From an uncultured Candidatus Saccharibacteria bacterium (GTDB lineage: Bacteria; Patescibacteriota; Andersenbacteria; UBA10190): 64,000 bases of DNA. Under the pieces are notes generated by a model. It was not told the origin of the DNA, made no database searches, and worked only from the letters and a program-made list of their open reading frames with translations. A program made the translations under genes and the position numbers. Where the stretch lies: positions 840 to 64,839 of the forward strand of contig CAYJQW010000004.1 in NCBI GenBank assembly GCA_964372635.1. The letters run 5' to 3'. Shown one piece after another: positions 19,983-28,289 of the stretch. Within the stretch, counting starts at the first letter, position 1. Every line of letters begins with the position of its first letter.

Positions 19983-21182
19983 ATGCAATCTAAAATGAAA
20001 CGCGTTCTGATGATAGCTCCGACTCCTTTTTTTTCTGACCGAGGTTGTCACATGCACATTGCGGAGCAGGCCTACGCTTTGCAGCGTCGAGGGTTATTAG
20101 TTGAAATTGTTACCTACCACTTGGGACGAGACTTACCAGGACTATCAGTGACACGAACTTTAACGATTCCTTGGTATCATAAACGTGGGCCCGGGCCATC
20201 ATGGCATAAGTTTTACGTTGATCCATTGTTGCTAATAACCGCCTGGAGAGCCGCCCTGCGTTTTCGACCGGATGTAATTCATGCCCATCTTCATGAAGGC
20301 GCTGTGATCGGTTGGCTGTTGTCAAAGATTTTGTCAATTCCACTTATCTTTGATATGCAAGGCAGTCTAACCGGTGAGCTTATAGCTCATCGTTTTTTAC
20401 TAGTCAGACCAATGATCTTACGTCAAGCTTGGTATCGTCTAGAATACTGGATTGATCATATGGCGGACGCCATAGTCGCGCAATCTACAGAAATGCAGCG
20501 GGAGCTTTCCCATAAGTTTTTAGTGCAAAAATCCCGCATCATTATGGCTTTTGACGGAGTAAATACCAGTGTTTTTCATCCGGGCAATCGAGATAAGCTC
20601 CTGGTGCAAAGTCTTAATATTCCAGCTGACAGAAAAGTTATAGTCTACTTAGGAGGCTTGAGTCCGCATAAGGGTGTAGATATTTTACTCGAGGCTTTTC
20701 CCAAGATCATAGTAGCAGTGCCGAAAACATTTCTATTACTTATGGGATATCCGAATGAAGAATTTTATCGGAAGCAAGTCCTAACTATGGGGTTAGAGAA
20801 TGATGTAAAAATAACCGGAAAAATTCCTTATGAAGATGCGCCACGTTATTTAACTCTTGGCGATATAGCTGTGGCTCCCAAACGGTCACAAACTGAGGCA
20901 AACGGAAAAATATATAATTATATGGCATCTGGTTTACCCACTGTTGCTTTTGACACTGTCGTCAACCGTGACATTTTAGGAGACCTTGGTGTTTATGTGC
21001 ATAATCTTGATGACGTCGACGGCTTGGCTCAAGCCATCATCTCACTACTAGGGGACGATCAAACTCGTTCTCGTTTAGCAGAAGAAGTGAGGCGTAAAGC
21101 CGTGGCCTACTATTCTTGGGATGGTGTTGCTGAGCGTCTCGTTAAAGCTTACGAACAGGCCAGCCGGCAAGCAGCCCGTTAG
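19983..21182 (+). CDS. GT4 family (GT-B) glycosyltransferase
   Basis: ATG at 19983. The C-terminal half has the GT4 signature (GGLSPHKGVDILLEAF; YPNEEF...). Length is 399 aa. Confidence 0.7.
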   Translation: MQSKMKRVLMIAPTPFFSDRGCHMHIAEQAYALQRRGLLVEIVTYHLGRDLPGLSVTRTLTIPWYHKRGPGPSWHKFYVDPLLLITAWRAALRFRPDVIHAHLHEGAVIGWLLSKILSIPLIFDMQGSLTGELIAHRFLLVRPMILRQAWYRLEYWIDHMADAIVAQSTEMQRELSHKFLVQKSRIIMAFDGVNTSVFHPGNRDKLLVQSLNIPADRKVIVYLGGLSPHKGVDILLEAFPKIIVAVPKTFLLLMGYPNEEFYRKQVLTMGLENDVKITGKIPYEDAPRYLTLGDIAVAPKRSQTEANGKIYNYMASGLPTVAFDTVVNRDILGDLGVYVHNLDDVDGLAQAIISLLGDDQTRSRLAEEVRRKAVAYYSWDGVAERLVKAYEQASRQAAR

Positions 21183-21188
21183 GTTATT

Positions 21189-21926
21189 TTAAGCTCGACG
21201 CCCAACTCCTAAAATGTTTTTGGTAAAAATTGTCGTATCGGTGCGTCCGTACAATTTGAATATCAAGTACCATAACTTATTCAATAACGCCGCCGCTACT
21301 CGAGCTGTTACATTCAACAGGATGTTAGGCGTAACGTAAATATCGGTTCCATAAATTTTAACTTTGTCAAAATCGGCCATGAGTAGAGTTTGCTTCAAAC
21401 TATGCTGGTCGAAGCCAACCTCATGGGTGATATCAATATACCTACCATCATTACCCAGCAGAGGATTACCCATATTCGGCACTTTAACCAGAAAGACGCC
21501 GCCAGGTTTCAGGTTGGTTCTGATCAACTCAAGCATGTGCCACATAGTTGGCTTAACCTGATGTTCTAAGACGTCATTTAGAATGAATGCATCGACCGGG
21601 GCCGTGAGATTTTCCAGATAAGCAGTTATTTCTGACTTGAGTACAGGTAATTCTTTCCTCTGACAAAAAGCAATGACCTCACTACCCACGTCCACGCCAA
21701 GTATATTCTTATAGCCAGACCGCCTCAAAAAATAAAGAAAATGACCCAGACCGCTACCCAAATCGACAATGCGAGCATCTCGATTTGTTGGCAAATGCGG
21801 TAAATAATTCCGGCGAAAATAACGTTCCTGAATGCTAAACTCGGTATCCCCTTCACGAGCACCACCAAAATGCTGGGATAAGTATTTTGCATATGTCTGA
21901 CTTACATCCATCGGTGATTGTCGCAT
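21189..21926 (-). CDS. class I SAM-dependent methyltransferase
   Basis: Motif I IVDLGSGLGHFLYFL and LKPGGVFLVKVPN. Confidence 0.75.
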   Translation of the reverse strand: MRQSPMDVSQTYAKYLSQHFGGAREGDTEFSIQERYFRRNYLPHLPTNRDARIVDLGSGLGHFLYFLRRSGYKNILGVDVGSEVIAFCQRKELPVLKSEITAYLENLTAPVDAFILNDVLEHQVKPTMWHMLELIRTNLKPGGVFLVKVPNMGNPLLGNDGRYIDITHEVGFDQHSLKQTLLMADFDKVKIYGTDIYVTPNILLNVTARVAAALLNKLWYLIFKLYGRTDTTIFTKNILGVGRRA

Positions 21927-21966
21927 GAAGATTATTCTGACTGATTCATGCTACATTGTCGACATT

Positions 21967-23463
21967 ATGAATCGAAGCACACTGATAGTCTTGGTAGGTA
22001 TCTTTCTAGTAGCATTGGCACCTAGGACCATGCAGCTGGGTGCTTTTTTGTCCCCGGATGAACCTCGATGGCTTCTTAATACGCAGGAATTTGTGCTTGG
22101 ACTTAAGTCAGGTGATCTGTCGCGCCTTTATCAACAGCCACACCCGGGAGTTACCACTATGTGGCTGGCGTCACCAGTTATTGAATATTCATGGGCCGTC
22201 CGTCGTCTGCCCGCTGCGATCGCCATATCTTTCCTCCTGACAGCTACCACTACTCTCATGATGCAACTATGGGGGCGTGGTCTTGGTGGTAGTATCGGCT
22301 TTCTTTTGGCAATTAATCCCATCTTTATCGCCCACTCTCGCGTTCTGGCCATGGATGCCTTGCTGAGTATTTTTCTGCTCCTTTCTATTGTCGCCTTACT
22401 GCTGTGGTGGCGCGATAGAAAACAGTGGCAGCTGGCCATATCGGCTGTTAGCGGCGGGCTAGCCGTACTTTCCAAGATCGTTGGTGTTATAATTTTTCCC
22501 TATACAATAGCCATATTTACTTGGTTCTTGATTTTTCGTCAGTTATCACTCAAACGAGGTACAAAATCAGGGTTGCTTTGGCTTATTATATTTTTTCTCA
22601 CGATAATAATTGGACTGCCAACGATTGTGGTTGATTTTGAGCGTGTGGCTCAGGGCACTCAAGAATTCTTCGCAACGGAGCATTATAGTCAAACTGTGCA
22701 CGCTCTGGGCCCACTTTGGTATCCGCAAGCCCTACTAATCTGGACCACGCCACTGCACTGGCTTGGTTTACTTTTATTACCAACCCTAGTCTGGTCTAAG
22801 TGGCGCTATCGTCGCGATGTCGTATTACTTTTTCTTTTCGCTGCCGTTTTCTTCTTAACAGTTCAGTATTCTATTAAAAAAGGAGACCGCTATTTGTTGC
22901 CAGACTTTCTAATTTTTGATGTCATCACAGTTCTCTCAATTTCCGCAGCTATAAATTTTCTCTATACTCGCTTGACTTCTTTTCGCGGAAGAACATACGT
23001 CGCCAGAGGATTCTTTCTTATTATCTTTTGTCTTGTTGTTTGGCAGGTCATGATGGTAGTAACACTTCATCCTTATACCTTGGCATATCGGAACCCGCTG
23101 TGGCGCCCGATTGCCCTTGGTCGAACTATGGGTTGGGGGGAAGGTCTCGATCTAGCTGCACAGTATTTGAATTCAAAACCTCAAGTCGAGCAGATGCTGG
23201 TCGCTGCCTACTATGAAGGGCCGTTTAGCTATCGTTTTAAAGGTCACGTTACTTCGGCGGAAAGATTAGCTAAGGAGACCATATCTGATATTGGCGCTGA
23301 TTATGTTGTTTTGTATCGAACTATGATTGGCCGTGATCAGGAGCGCTGGGAAACAAAAGTTTTAGCTCAATTTTCTCATCAAGAGCCGGAGCATGTAGTT
23401 GTATTAAACGGAGAGGATTACGCTTGGATTTATAATACCAGTCAAATATCTAAAGACGACTGA
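21967..23463 (+). CDS. ArnT/PMT-type (GT39-like) membrane glycosyltransferase (paralog of 15013..16515)
   Basis: ATG at 21967 (MNRSTLIVLVGIFL). The track start at 21925 would overlap the divergent methyltransferase start. GAFLSPDEPRWLLNTQEF matches the DEP loop motif of the 15013..16515 protein. The C-terminal YAWIYN resembles YVWIFK in the paralog. Confidence 0.6.
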   Translation: MNRSTLIVLVGIFLVALAPRTMQLGAFLSPDEPRWLLNTQEFVLGLKSGDLSRLYQQPHPGVTTMWLASPVIEYSWAVRRLPAAIAISFLLTATTTLMMQLWGRGLGGSIGFLLAINPIFIAHSRVLAMDALLSIFLLLSIVALLLWWRDRKQWQLAISAVSGGLAVLSKIVGVIIFPYTIAIFTWFLIFRQLSLKRGTKSGLLWLIIFFLTIIIGLPTIVVDFERVAQGTQEFFATEHYSQTVHALGPLWYPQALLIWTTPLHWLGLLLLPTLVWSKWRYRRDVVLLFLFAAVFFLTVQYSIKKGDRYLLPDFLIFDVITVLSISAAINFLYTRLTSFRGRTYVARGFFLIIFCLVVWQVMMVVTLHPYTLAYRNPLWRPIALGRTMGWGEGLDLAAQYLNSKPQVEQMLVAAYYEGPFSYRFKGHVTSAERLAKETISDIGADYVVLYRTMIGRDQERWETKVLAQFSHQEPEHVVVLNGEDYAWIYNTSQISKDD

Positions 23464-23524
23464 TCTTTAATATGCCGCAATCATCACGATTTCAGTTATC
23501 GCCAATTTGCATCCCAGGAATCAC

Positions 23525-25291
23525 TCAGTTTTTTTTGTGATACAGAATGATCGGCTGTTTTGGTTCGTTGCTAACTGTAACTATTGGCTCAAAGTCTTGT
23601 TCAAGGAGAGTTCGCAGAGGCTGTGTCTCTTTGGCTCCGGGATTAAAATAAACATCCGTTGTTCGCCAGTCAACGACAATCCAATTTACATCGCGTGCTA
23701 CTTGAGAAGTTAAGTCAGGCAGATCTGGAAAATATATGCGGCGAATCGATGCCGGCATAAAACCGGCTCTCTCGGCCAAGTACCAGCCAGGATGAGTATA
23801 CAGTCCATATAAAGACCTGTGTCCTAAGAAGGCAAATACTGGTTGAGCGGTAAATATCGTTTCATTTTCTGCTACTAGGTTTTTAATTTGCTCGGCCATT
23901 TTCAGAGCCGCTCTTGTCGTAATCGTTCCACGATATTGTCTGTCCGATATGGCGAGGTATGGATAAGTTATTGAAAATATCAAAAACGCTGCCATTAATA
24001 TTGATAGCGGGAAAGTGCCGGGCAAACGCATGGACCAAAGTGACTTAAATAAAATAGCACTCGTAATCCCGGCGGCAATAGCTAGGGGTGGTATTGCTTC
24101 TAAGACATAATAAGGCGTTGGCTCACGGCCCCAATAATGATAAAATACCAGAACACTACCCAGCCAAATAGCTAATCTTAATATAGGTATGTTGATCGAT
24201 TTTGAGGTAGAGTCACGTTTTTGGTTTATCTTTGAACCAGAATAAGAAAGTAAAGTTAGCCCACATATAGCGAACAGGCCAAGATAAGAAATATTTGCGT
24301 ATTGACGAACCATCTTCATAGCATCACCACTCCAGTACTCTCCAATATTATTCAATACGGGGCCATACAGATAGTAGGCACCAGTTATAAGTGCAGACAA
24401 AAACGCCAGTTTTAAATACCAAGTGCCTGCCCGAAAGCTTAAACCGATCCCTCCAATTGCAAGAATCACCAATGGCAACCCTTCATACCATAGAGGAATA
24501 AACCCTCGAAAGAGCTGTTGTTGAGGACTAACCGATTCTTGGGTGTAAGCCGTCCGTTGATCATTGGCAATTAGTGTTGCATCAGCATTAAAAAAGAATG
24601 CTGTCTTAGGCCAACCATATAAAGGATAAATGATCGCTATGGTCATTGCTAGAAGGAATGCACCGACTAGACAAAACATTATCACCGAACGCCATGACTT
24701 AGTCTGAATAATCAAGACCGTTAAAATAATTGGCAAGGCCGAGATCGCCGTTGCTCTGGTCAGCGTAGCTAGAAAGAAGAAAAACGCTGCAATAATGATG
24801 TCGCGGCGGCTCACATGATTTCCGCTCACCAGCCATAAACTTAATAGTATCAGCGTTAATTCTAAGGAAAAATGCATGACGTTTGTTGTCAAGCTAACTG
24901 GTGCGGCCGATAATCCCCACAATATGGCCGCAACTATACCGACAGTTGTTGAATTAGTGAGGCGACGAGCCACTAGGTAGAGTAGCGGAATCGACATCAC
25001 GTGAAATAAACTAGAAAACAGGCGACTGGCAAAAATGGTTTGTCCGAGCAGTACTTGCCAACCTTTAAGAAGATATAGAAAAACTGGGCCTTTTGTAGCA
25101 CCAAATTCGCGGAAAGGCAGAACCTTCGCACTAGCCTGCCAAGCGTCCTGCATGTAGGCACTCTCGTCTTCGACAATATTGAGAATCGGAATGAGGTTAA
25201 TATGGATGGCCATAGCGGCCAGCATAATACCGCCAATTATTGTCGCAGAATTAGTAGCCAGTTTTATGATTGATATGGACATACGAATCAA
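23525..25291 (-). CDS. GT-C-like polytopic membrane glycosyltransferase (paralog of 11753..14173)
   Basis: 588 aa. NIVEDESAYMQDAWQASAKVLPFREFGATKGPVF and FTAQPVFAFLGHRSLYGLYTHPGWYLAERAG match the corresponding blocks of the 806-aa protein at 11753..14173. About 12 TM helices. Confidence 0.5.
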   Translation of the reverse strand: MIRMSISIIKLATNSATIIGGIMLAAMAIHINLIPILNIVEDESAYMQDAWQASAKVLPFREFGATKGPVFLYLLKGWQVLLGQTIFASRLFSSLFHVMSIPLLYLVARRLTNSTTVGIVAAILWGLSAAPVSLTTNVMHFSLELTLILLSLWLVSGNHVSRRDIIIAAFFFFLATLTRATAISALPIILTVLIIQTKSWRSVIMFCLVGAFLLAMTIAIIYPLYGWPKTAFFFNADATLIANDQRTAYTQESVSPQQQLFRGFIPLWYEGLPLVILAIGGIGLSFRAGTWYLKLAFLSALITGAYYLYGPVLNNIGEYWSGDAMKMVRQYANISYLGLFAICGLTLLSYSGSKINQKRDSTSKSINIPILRLAIWLGSVLVFYHYWGREPTPYYVLEAIPPLAIAAGITSAILFKSLWSMRLPGTFPLSILMAAFLIFSITYPYLAISDRQYRGTITTRAALKMAEQIKNLVAENETIFTAQPVFAFLGHRSLYGLYTHPGWYLAERAGFMPASIRRIYFPDLPDLTSQVARDVNWIVVDWRTTDVYFNPGAKETQPLRTLLEQDFEPIVTVSNEPKQPIILYHKKN

Positions 25292-25432
25292 GCATAGGTT
25301 GTTCTATTAGATTGAGTCTAGCATTATTAAGAGAATTCAATTTCAAACTAAATCACTAAAATAAGCATAGAGCTAAATTAAAATTTAACCGATGATTAAA
25401 AGAGTCCGGCAAAACTTTAGATCAGATATGGC

Positions 25433-26173
25433 ATGTTAAATCATATGATTGAATCCAAAAAAAATGTCATTTTAATACCAACATTTAATGAGGCACCCAA
25501 TATCGTTCTCATGCTTCAGGCGATCTCCCGGGTCGATCGGGATTTGAATATTCTGGTAATTGACGATGCTTCTCCCGATGGAACAGCCGATCTTGTCTCG
25601 GCCATGAAAAAAAATCACTTTGGAATAATGATCTTGCATCGAACAAGCGACCCCGGTTTCGCGCAATCCTATATTAATGGTATCAAGCTGGTTTTGGAGC
25701 AAGGTAAGTATGATGTTATTACAACTATGGACGCGGATTTCTCTCATGATCCAGCCGAAATCCCGCCTATGATGCGCTTAATATTTAACGGCGCTGATGT
25801 TGTGATCGGATCTCGCTATGCCAAATTACAGGATTTTTCGCACATCCCACTCTGGCGTAGACTGCTTAGCCGCTTTGCAAATTTTTATGTCCGATCAATC
25901 TTACGATTGCCAATTAGAGATTGTACTTCAGGATATACGATGTGGCGAGCTTCAGCCCTGGCAAACATTAATCTCAAGACAATACGAACGGAAGGATATG
26001 GTTTTTTATTTGCCCTAAAATATCAAGCTTATCGTCAGGGATTGCAGGTTGTTGAGCATCCGGTTAAATGGCCTGATCGTCATCTCGGTGCCTCAAAAAT
26101 GAATTTCAAAAGAATCTTCGAATCCGCATTACTACCTTGGAAAATTATTTGGAATAGTGCCAACGATAAATAA
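25433..26173 (+). CDS. GT2 polyprenyl-phosphate mannose/glucose synthase (DPM1/Ppm1-like)
   Basis: ATG at 25433. VILIPTFNEAPNI, VIDDASPDGTADLV and TTMDADFSHDP are classic DPM1-like motifs. Soluble, 246 aa. Confidence 0.75.
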   Translation: MLNHMIESKKNVILIPTFNEAPNIVLMLQAISRVDRDLNILVIDDASPDGTADLVSAMKKNHFGIMILHRTSDPGFAQSYINGIKLVLEQGKYDVITTMDADFSHDPAEIPPMMRLIFNGADVVIGSRYAKLQDFSHIPLWRRLLSRFANFYVRSILRLPIRDCTSGYTMWRASALANINLKTIRTEGYGFLFALKYQAYRQGLQVVEHPVKWPDRHLGASKMNFKRIFESALLPWKIIWNSANDK

Positions 26174-26179
26174 TAGCCT

Positions 26180-27550
26180 TTACTCTGCTCCGATAACGCG
26201 AAACTTTGGCAAGGGAACTATAAATTTACCTCCATTTTCCAGATATTGACTTTCTCGGTTTTTGAATTCAGCTAGAAAGTGCCAGGGCAGTATTAAAAAG
26301 TAATCTGGATTGTCATCTCGAGCCTTTTTTTCAGAGATAATTGGAATGTTTGTTGATACCGTACGCTTACCCCATTTTGCCGGATTACGCTCCGCGGCAG
26401 CAGTGATAACCTTATGGTTAAGATTAAAATATTGTAAGAGCGTATTTCCTTTTGTTGATGCCCCATAAACATAAATAGTTTTACCTGTAGATTTTTCTTG
26501 AACGATGAAATCAACAACTTGCCTTTTAATCTGGGCGACACGATCCCTAAACAATTGATAGGGAATAGTTGTTGCCAGATGCATTGCATTTTCTTTAAAT
26601 CTGAGTTGAGCCAGACGCTCTGATGCACCGGAACGAGGTGGCAGCTTACTTCCCTTATGGGTAATAAATGTTCGATAGCTGCCACCATTAACATTGTTTA
26701 ATTCAACGTCAATAACTTTTAGATCATGTCTTTTGAGTAGAAATTCAAGTGAACTGAGCGAATAGTATTCCAAATGTTCATGACAAATATTATCAAAGAT
26801 GTTATCGGCTAGCATCACCGGTAAATAGGCCATCTGAATTATCCAAAGTCCATCCGGTGCCAAAATTTCTCTAATATCAGCTACAAATTCATTAGGTTGC
26901 TCGAGATCATAAAACATAGCAATACTAGTTACAGCCTGAGCCTTTACTTTTTTACCTACCTTATCTTTAAATAAGTTTGCCGTGAAGAAATCGTTGATGA
27001 TAGTTGCTGATGTATTCTTCGCATAGGGCATCAGATTTATTGCTGGCTCAAATCCAACTTTATTTAAATCTCGCACCTGATATGAATTTAGTAATGTGTT
27101 GTCATTGCTACCCGTGTCCACCACGATACTATTCTTTGTTAGGGGAATTAATTCAGCTACACTTTTTGTAATATCAGCCAGAGCAACGCGCATAGTTTGG
27201 TTAACGCCTGAACGATACCAGTAATTACGATACATATACTGCTGATCTACAGTATGTTTAAGCTGAAGTAATCCGCAGCCGTTTCGACTCGGATCGCACA
27301 AGATAAGTTCCAAAGGTGCACTGGGAGTCAGACTATTCTTAGAAACGAAATCTGAAATACTTTGTACTCCCAATGACAGCACAGGCACAAGCATAGTCCC
27401 GCCACAAACGCGGCAGTTTGTGCGTGTAGTCACAGACAGATTAGTCTTGTGAGTAAGACTTACTGAGGACGTTTTGAGTTGTGGAGCAGCCGTTGTTATA
27501 GTAATCGACAGTATACTTATGAACACGCCAGTCGTAAAATCAGCGACCAA
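26180..27550 (-). CDS. SAM-dependent C-methyltransferase-like protein with N-terminal Cys-x2-Cys zinc-ribbon (TylCIII/NDP-hexose C-methyltransferase family)
   Basis: CRVCGGTMLVPVLSLGVQSISDF matches the N-terminal putative zinc-binding domain of the TylCIII-type family. The methyltransferase motif VVDTGSNDNTLLNSY follows, with a C-terminal methyltransferase extension domain (FIVPLPKFRVI). The track start at 27550 is TTG and overlaps the divergent gene. A GTG at 27433 would give M-TTRTNCRVCGG, matching family N-termini, so the true start is uncertain. Confidence 0.55.
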   Translation of the reverse strand: MVADFTTGVFISILSITITTAAPQLKTSSVSLTHKTNLSVTTRTNCRVCGGTMLVPVLSLGVQSISDFVSKNSLTPSAPLELILCDPSRNGCGLLQLKHTVDQQYMYRNYWYRSGVNQTMRVALADITKSVAELIPLTKNSIVVDTGSNDNTLLNSYQVRDLNKVGFEPAINLMPYAKNTSATIINDFFTANLFKDKVGKKVKAQAVTSIAMFYDLEQPNEFVADIREILAPDGLWIIQMAYLPVMLADNIFDNICHEHLEYYSLSSLEFLLKRHDLKVIDVELNNVNGGSYRTFITHKGSKLPPRSGASERLAQLRFKENAMHLATTIPYQLFRDRVAQIKRQVVDFIVQEKSTGKTIYVYGASTKGNTLLQYFNLNHKVITAAAERNPAKWGKRTVSTNIPIISEKKARDDNPDYFLILPWHFLAEFKNRESQYLENGGKFIVPLPKFRVIGAE

Positions 27551-28226
27551 TCACAAATGGGAACGTATTTGGGATGATGTTTGGCGAACAGGAGCTGCCG
27601 GCCGCACCATTTCGTGGTTACGTCAAAGGTATAGTGCGATGCTTTTGCATGTTATCAAGCCTTACTTAAAGTCTCAGGCACATGTACTTGAACTTGGATC
27701 AGGAACGGGGACATTACTACTTTCCTTAGCAGAAGATATAACTGAAGGAGTAGGTCTAGATATTTCCAATGAGGCCATTGCCATTGCTAACAAGAACCTG
27801 CAAAAAAAACTAGTTAAGAATATAAGTTTCATTAAGGCTGACTGCCGCCACGTACCTTACCAAGGACGATTTGACGTAGTGTACAGCGCTGGCCTGATTG
27901 AACATTTTTTTGCGCAAGACATTGAAATTGTTCGGCAGCATCTTAAGGCAGCAAAACCGGGAGGAACTGTTGTAATCAGTGTGCCTTATGCCTATTCCTT
28001 ACACAGTTTGCATTATATGCTGACACGGCCACGTTTATCACGATGGCTTTGGCCTTGGTCACGCGAGCGCAATTTTCAACTTTTTTATTCTCGTCAGCGT
28101 CTGCGCCGACTAGCACTAAATGTTAGCCACTCCCACAGAATTTTCCTGCTTCCACCCTGGCCTGTCGGTTTGTTATTGGGAATTATTGTTCTTGTCATCA
28201 ATAAAAAAGAAAATATTCAGGTGTGA
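27519..28226 (+). CDS. class I SAM-dependent methyltransferase
   Basis: ATG verified at 27519 (MNTPVV); the track start at 27474 is TTG. Motif I VLELGSGTGTLLLSL and AKPGGTVVISVP. A C-terminal hydrophobic segment (LLPPWPVGLLLGIIVLVI) suggests a membrane anchor. Confidence 0.7.
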   Translation: MNTPVVKSATNHKWERIWDDVWRTGAAGRTISWLRQRYSAMLLHVIKPYLKSQAHVLELGSGTGTLLLSLAEDITEGVGLDISNEAIAIANKNLQKKLVKNISFIKADCRHVPYQGRFDVVYSAGLIEHFFAQDIEIVRQHLKAAKPGGTVVISVPYAYSLHSLHYMLTRPRLSRWLWPWSRERNFQLFYSRQRLRRLALNVSHSHRIFLLPPWPVGLLLGIIVLVINKKENIQV

Positions 28227-28289
28227 CAATACCAGATTTATTTTATACGTCAAGTTTTTAGTGTAAGTAAATCATCATATAGTACGAAC

